The notes below the pieces were generated by a model that saw only the letters and a list, made by a program, of their open reading frames with translations, was not told the origin of the DNA and did not search any database. Shown in pieces: positions 59,916 to 64,000 of a DNA stretch of 64,000 bases. The first letter of the stretch is position 1; every line of letters starts with the position of its first letter. The DNA is from Massalongia carnosa (taxonomy: Eukaryota), in assembly GCA_965645245.1 (NCBI GenBank), contig OZ287082.1, forward strand, positions 496,001 through 560,000, read 5' to 3'. The translations under genes were made by a program, and so were the position numbers.

Positions 59916-60078
59916 TATATACAGTTGAGGTGCCCTAATCTTCTAAGCTAGTGATTTAGCTCCCGCAGCATACTCGGAGCTAGCCTATTAGGCTCCTTCA
60001 CTAGCACTGCATTTACATAGGATCACGTGATCGAGTGCAGGTAGTGCTACCAGCCAACTGACTAATCGGCTTTCGACA

Positions 60079-60875
60079 GATTTATTCTTCAATAAATCTT
60101 CAGCAGTATTTTCAGGATTAGTAGTCAGAACGATTTTTTGACCCGTTTTGGACTTTTCGACCGTGTTAACAACGATAGTCAATCTCGCGTCTTTAAAAAG
60201 CGAATTGATTTGGTTTCAAAGCAACAGTGAATCGATATCGCCGATTTGAGCTTTGGGAGTAATTATCAACCGTCGAGATTTGATCGTCTTGTAATCGTCA
60301 GTATTATCGAATTTGTTTGCATTCGAATTGTTGTTTATGTTGTTATTATTTATTTTTTTGGATCGAGGAACGGTAATCCAATTTTCGGAATTGACAGTAG
60401 CTTTTCCGAGCATTTGGCTCCATGTTCTAGCTGTATCGTTGACCTGCGGCCCCGGGACTCCGGCGGTTTCACTCCGAATTGCTGGGTTGACGTTTTTAGT
60501 CAAATTCGAATTTCCATTTGAATTTTCGTTTGAATTTGTCTCTATAGGTCGCGCCGATTGTCTATTTGTTTCTGGAAATTGGCTAGTTTGTTCTAGCACC
60601 CTATGCAATTTCCAATCAATCATTTCTAACGTTGCTTTTGGCTTGATCGATTTTTTAGCCAGTAGAGAATTTACGTGATCGATGAGAATAGCCGTTTCGG
60701 GGTTTTGATCTAGTACGAATGACTCCAATAATGCATTTTTTGCCGTATTCAATAGTTGAATCGATTGTGATCGATTGATGACTTCTTGACTTTCAATCGA
60801 ATGTTCGTCAAATGTTCGTCTTTTGTTGCGTTTAATTGGTGGACTCAGTCGTACATCAGAATTCAATGATGGCAT
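60079..60875 (-). pseudogene. LINE ORF1 N-terminal part
   Basis: TWSQM, WITVPR, RRLII pattern of Tad-like ORF1; stop at 60216; same composition and strand as ORF2 pieces. Confidence 0.7.
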
Positions 60876-62094
60876 GAGCAGAATAGTACTGAATTCACCA
60901 GATGGCGCGACAAAAGATTTCGCTTTTGGGGTGGGTGTTGACGGTGCGGACGAAAATTCTCGTGTTTAGTCCATGGCCTCCGTGGACTCTACGGTAAGGG
61001 GGGTGCTCCCAATTATCGCTACAGAAGATGGCGCTAGGAAGTCGATTCGGGGGGGGCCCGGGGGTGTACTCGGGGGGACCCATTGATGTTGTGGAGGAGG
61101 GCCTGGGGGAGGAGTTGTTGGTATCAATCGATTTGATCTATGACCTATCAGGTTAAACCTTCGATGGAGCATAGTGTTTTTGCCTTTGCAATATCCCTTT
61201 TATCGCTACCAAATAATTTATTCTGACTTTCCCCGGACGTACTAGTCAGAATAGAATTTACACCTGTATATTGGTCAAATGACTCTTTCTTTCCTATCCC
61301 TATTTATTTGACTATCACTCGTCAAATAAATCCTAATCGGGTTAAAATAGACCGTTCCTCGCTAAGGCAGTAACTCTGATTTAACCCTTTACCAGAAACT
61401 ACAATAGGTGAAAATATTGAAAGTTTTTTTTTGCTTTTTTCAATAAAGATAGATTTTAATGCAATGTAAGACAATACGAGACTTCCTACTCTGATTAATC
61501 TGTAACAGGACCTTTGGTATAATCCTATTCCAGACGTTTTTTTCCCCTTCTTTTCAGTGATCTATTGACCGGCCGTTCAACGAAGATCGATAAAGCCGAA
61601 AATAGAATGTGCAAAAATTATACGTGAAATATGCTGTGAAAATTTTTGTTTGCGGAAGTTCCCGTAACCTTAAATGAGGAATGAACTTTAGAAGACTTTG
61701 ACGTCGCGACAGTTGTTGTACAGTACCGCGAGAGTAGATATTTTTTGTAAATTATTCTTATAGTAATAATTGAAGGTCATGCGACAACAGAACAGAAGAA
61801 AACAAGAAAAAATAGCGATTTTTGGTGATGTTGTTGGTATTTGTTGTTTTTTCCAACTTCTAGAGCGCGCTTTATCACGTCGGTCGCGTGCGACCAGTAG
61901 AAAAACTCTGCTGGAGCTTTGCTAGAGCTCTCCTACACTCAATCTGAGAGCGTTTTTGCTCTGGAGGAGCTCAAATGACTGAGAAATAGAGGCTCAATTG
62001 ACTGTCAAAGTTATAGAGTATCAAAAGTTGCGGTACATGTGTTTCGATAGGTGTGCGGTGGTTCTTGCCATCTCTTCCTTTACTCTCCACTTTC

Positions 62095-62245
62095 TTGTCA
62101 CCCCTACCCTCTCCACCCCCCTCCTCTACCTCATCCTCCACCACACCCTCCTCCTCCTCTTCCTCCTCCCCCACCTCATCCACTACACCCTTTTCCCTCC
62201 TCCTCCTCCTCCTCCTCCACCTCATCCACCACACCCTCCTCTATC
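62095..62245. repeat. Low-complexity (CCT/CCA)n tract
   Basis: Pyrimidine-rich trinucleotide runs. Confidence 0.8.
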
Positions 62246-62386
62246 ATACCCTCGTTCACCTCCTCGCTTGATGGAAGCCTACCCCTTCTTGTGCGCGTTG
62301 CAATCCTCTTATTCCTATCGCGTTGCTCGGAAATGGAGTTTCTGGTATTGTAAGTTCGTTTCTTACTTTTCTGTAGAATAATTAGC

Positions 62387-63192
62387 TCAAGAAGACACGA
62401 AAGTAAGTGACTCGATGCGTACATCTCGCGCTGAGACCTGCTCAACCTGCGATGACCCGATCTGCGTTAACTGGTCCTCGTCATTGTTATCGTCTTCTTC
62501 ATCACTAATGTAGACCTTCTGAAAAACCTGTTTTAGGTCTTCATGTCGCCTTTGTATCTCATTAGTCAAATCCTCAAGACTCATGCTTTCTTCTTCTTCT
62601 AAATCTACGTGTAAATTTGCATCTGCATTCTCCTTCTGATCGTAGAAACGAACCATCATCATCGCGGAGAATGTATCCGGATGAAAATTCTTGCGATGAT
62701 CGTTAAGTGCTCCCGCAACGCTATAAACGCGCTCACATCCAACGCCAGCGGCTGGTACAGCAAGGATGTCCCTGGCAACCATACTCATTTGTGAAAATTC
62801 CGGCTCGAGATCTTTCCACTGTTGTAGAATAGGACCCGAACGATCATGCATCGCTGTGTATTGTAAATAAGTTGAACACAATGAGAAAAGACCTGATTTA
62901 TTATATCAGTTAACCTACCTCGCTGACGATAGCAGTTGAACTCGTCATCTAGAGCGAGCGGAGTAGCATTATTCGTACTTAGAAGAAGATCCAGATTATT
63001 CAAGTCCCGAATTACTGCGACATTACGCCCGCGTACTTGTGAGGGTTGAGAATTCTCGTTGATATCTAAATCCGCTTCCAGAGATTGCCAATATTGATCT
63101 TCCCATCGACTTTCCCCATAGGGCGCATCCCAATTGGGACCCTTGAAAATTAGGTCCTTCTTATTGGGACATAGCAATGCCGCCTTTCCATA
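62387..63192 (-). pseudogene. hAT transposase C-terminal part (dimerisation domain), interrupted by Fot1-like element
   Basis: QWK...VARDILAVPAAGVGCERVYSVAG; GT-AG intron 62854-62918 joins the two ORFs. Confidence 0.85.
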
Positions 63193-63194
63193 TA

Positions 63195-64000
63195 ACGTCT
63201 AAGCCACCCATTCGGGCTAGCAACCCAATCGGGCCACCCTTCGAAATCTAGTAGCTGAATATTAATCTTTTCCTTCCAATCTACCACCATTACTCCTTTA
63301 TCGATAAACTATATATAAAATGCCTAAAAACATACCCGTACATGACTCTGCTACTAGATTACAGTTGGCTATTGACGAAATACGCAAAAACCCGGGCATT
63401 TCGCAGCGGGAGATAGCGCGCATTTACGGAGTTCCCCGATCGACCTTACAAGCCCGTCTTCGAGGCAGACGGGACGCAAAAACCTCCCATGAGGCCACTC
63501 AAAGACTATCAGTAGAAGAAGAACAGGGCTTGCTCACGTGGATAGATCGTGACTGCATGGGGTTGGCCACCTAGTATACAACACCTTGAGGGCATGACCA
63601 AAAGTCTGCTGGAAGCAAAAGGAGACACAAAACCCCTAGGACATCATTGGTATAAAAATTTCATGAATAGACATCCCCAATACAGAACTAAATTTAAAAG
63701 AAACTTGGATCAATCCATAAAAGACGCAAGTCATCCCAAAATCCTGAAGGAATGGTTTAAACTGTACATGACCGCCCGAACAAAGTGTGGAGTCGCAGAT
63801 GAAGATATTTACAATATGGATGAAAAGGATTTTGCCATAGGCATTGCGGATAGTTCTGAAGTGATAATCAAGAGGGAAACAACCCCATTCAATGTGCATC
63901 CAGGGAATAGGGACTGGGCTTCTTTAATCGAATGCATATCCTCTCGCGGAACAGTTCTCCCTGCCTATATCATTTTCCAGGATAATCAGGTTCAAAAAGA
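63195..64000 (+). mobile_element. Fot1/Pot2-type pogo transposon, left part; transposase from 63320 frameshifted
   Basis: TA|acgt terminus; psq-type HTH (SQREIARIYGVPRSTL), IYNMDE, LIECIS...LPAYIIF. Confidence 0.88.

Larger units (their letters stand above)
46620..60078 (-). mobile_element. Ty1/Copia element C (TG...TA LTRs), carrying Copia D and a pogo-like element
   Basis: 237-bp LTRs 46620-46856 and 57473-57548+59918-60078; PBS at 57461-57472; PPT 46857-46865; flanks do not form a TSD. Confidence 0.92.
19201..60875 (-). mobile_element. Tad1-like LINE fragmented by nested insertions
   Basis: Collinear minus-strand pieces: ORF1 60875-60079; ORF2 start 46251-46149; APE 40030-39243; 29260-29027; 22661-22279; RT 21849-21614 and 20581-19201; ORF2 frame rejoins across each TSD (ORF1 link is inferred). 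Confidence 0.8.

Noticed and set aside
60893..61990. Possible hAT terminus (gagctc-rich, ...aaatgactg at 61981) and adjacent ORFs
   Set aside because: No partner TIR or TSD in the window and orientation not reconcilable with the transposase; boundary left uncalled
61971..62445. Pro/Ser/Glu-rich ORFs
   Set aside because: Products of the low-complexity CCT tract
1..64000. Starship captain, rRNA or tRNA genes
   Set aside because: No tyrosine-recombinase motifs or RNA-gene structure recognised; tRNA-like matches are only PBS sequences

Overview
Filamentous ascomycete (Pezizomycotina-type) DNA that is almost entirely a nest of transposable elements. The left ~18 kb holds the only host-type genes: an apparently intact HET-domain gene, a HET-6-like pseudogene, an intact 728-aa Spok-family (spore-killer-like) nuclease-kinase gene, a truncated Clr5-domain gene and a CYP52-like P450 relic. 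These sit among a MULE, an intact Tc1 and a decayed chromoviral Ty3/Gypsy. From 19.2 to 60.9 kb one minus-strand Tad1-like LINE is split by nested insertions, most with readable TSDs: five Ty1/Copia elements of four families, several solo LTRs, a PIF/Harbinger and a pogo-like transposon. A hAT relic interrupted by a Fot1-like element closes the window. Most notable: (1) two diverged Copia families separate gag and pol by an in-frame UGA followed by an 8-nt spacer and a conserved stem-loop (candidate readthrough signal); (2) the same junction carries a 423-nt GT-AG segment that is precisely missing from a neighbouring copy, implying retrotransposition of a spliced RNA encoding a protease-less Gag-IN-RT fusion; (3) the Spok-like gene. 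All calls come from reading motifs by eye; no database searches were run.
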